From Sulfurimonadaceae bacterium (GTDB lineage Bacteria; Campylobacterota; Campylobacteria; Campylobacterales; Sulfurimonadaceae), in NCBI GenBank assembly GCA_041562555.1, contig JBFEXS010000017.1:1-27679 (forward strand): a stretch of 27,679 nucleotides of DNA. The letters run 5' to 3'. Under the pieces are notes generated by a model, which worked only from the letters and a program-made list of their open reading frames with translations, made no database searches and was not told the origin of the DNA. Made by a program: the position numbers and the translations under genes. Positions 27,633-27,679 of this stretch are shown one piece after another (the first letter of the stretch is position 1; each line of letters opens with the position of its first letter).

Positions 27633-27679
27633 TCAATCTCCTTAAGACTAGCTTTTACTAAACATTTTGTTTTGTAAGA

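Noticed and set aside
556..27661. Numerous 60-130 aa antisense or alternative-frame ORFs in the track (e.g. 16525-16923, 25065-25448, 8468-8854, 23162-23503)
   Set aside because: They overlap well-supported genes, lack RBSs and show no recognisable motifs; treated as shadow ORFs.
1..27679. CRISPR arrays, tRNA/rRNA, IS elements, prophage or defence genes
   Set aside because: No regularly spaced direct repeats, cloverleaf or rRNA signatures, transposase, integrase or nuclease motifs were seen.

Overview
Gene-dense chromosomal window from a free-living Campylobacterota (Epsilonproteobacteria; Sulfurimonas/Sulfurovum-like). This assignment is inferred from gene content and order (mqnC-M16-recG; kdsA-ribH-nusB; DMT...der...trpS; argF/hemB/ribA) and from TGnTATAAT-type promoters. 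About 31 CDS are present, mostly housekeeping: hpf, recG, mqnC, nusB, ribH, kdsA, djlA-like, der, hemJ, trpS, argF, hemB, ribA and a major outer-membrane porin. Accessory genes are interleaved. No rRNA, tRNA, CRISPR array, transposase or integrase was recognised. Three items stand out. (1) An apparently intact BLUF blue-light sensor fused behind a muconolactone-isomerase-like domain, convergent with ribA (25493-26230). (2) A candidate ribosome-arrest leader system: a probably leaderless 93-aa ORF ending IFKPPRII whose stop-codon region can base-pair with the SD/AUG of the downstream lipoprotein gene (17697-18532). (3) A NIT-HAMP-GGDEF(degenerate)-EAL protein with an altered ligand motif, inserted between hemB and argF. 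All family calls come from motif recognition by eye; no database searches were run.
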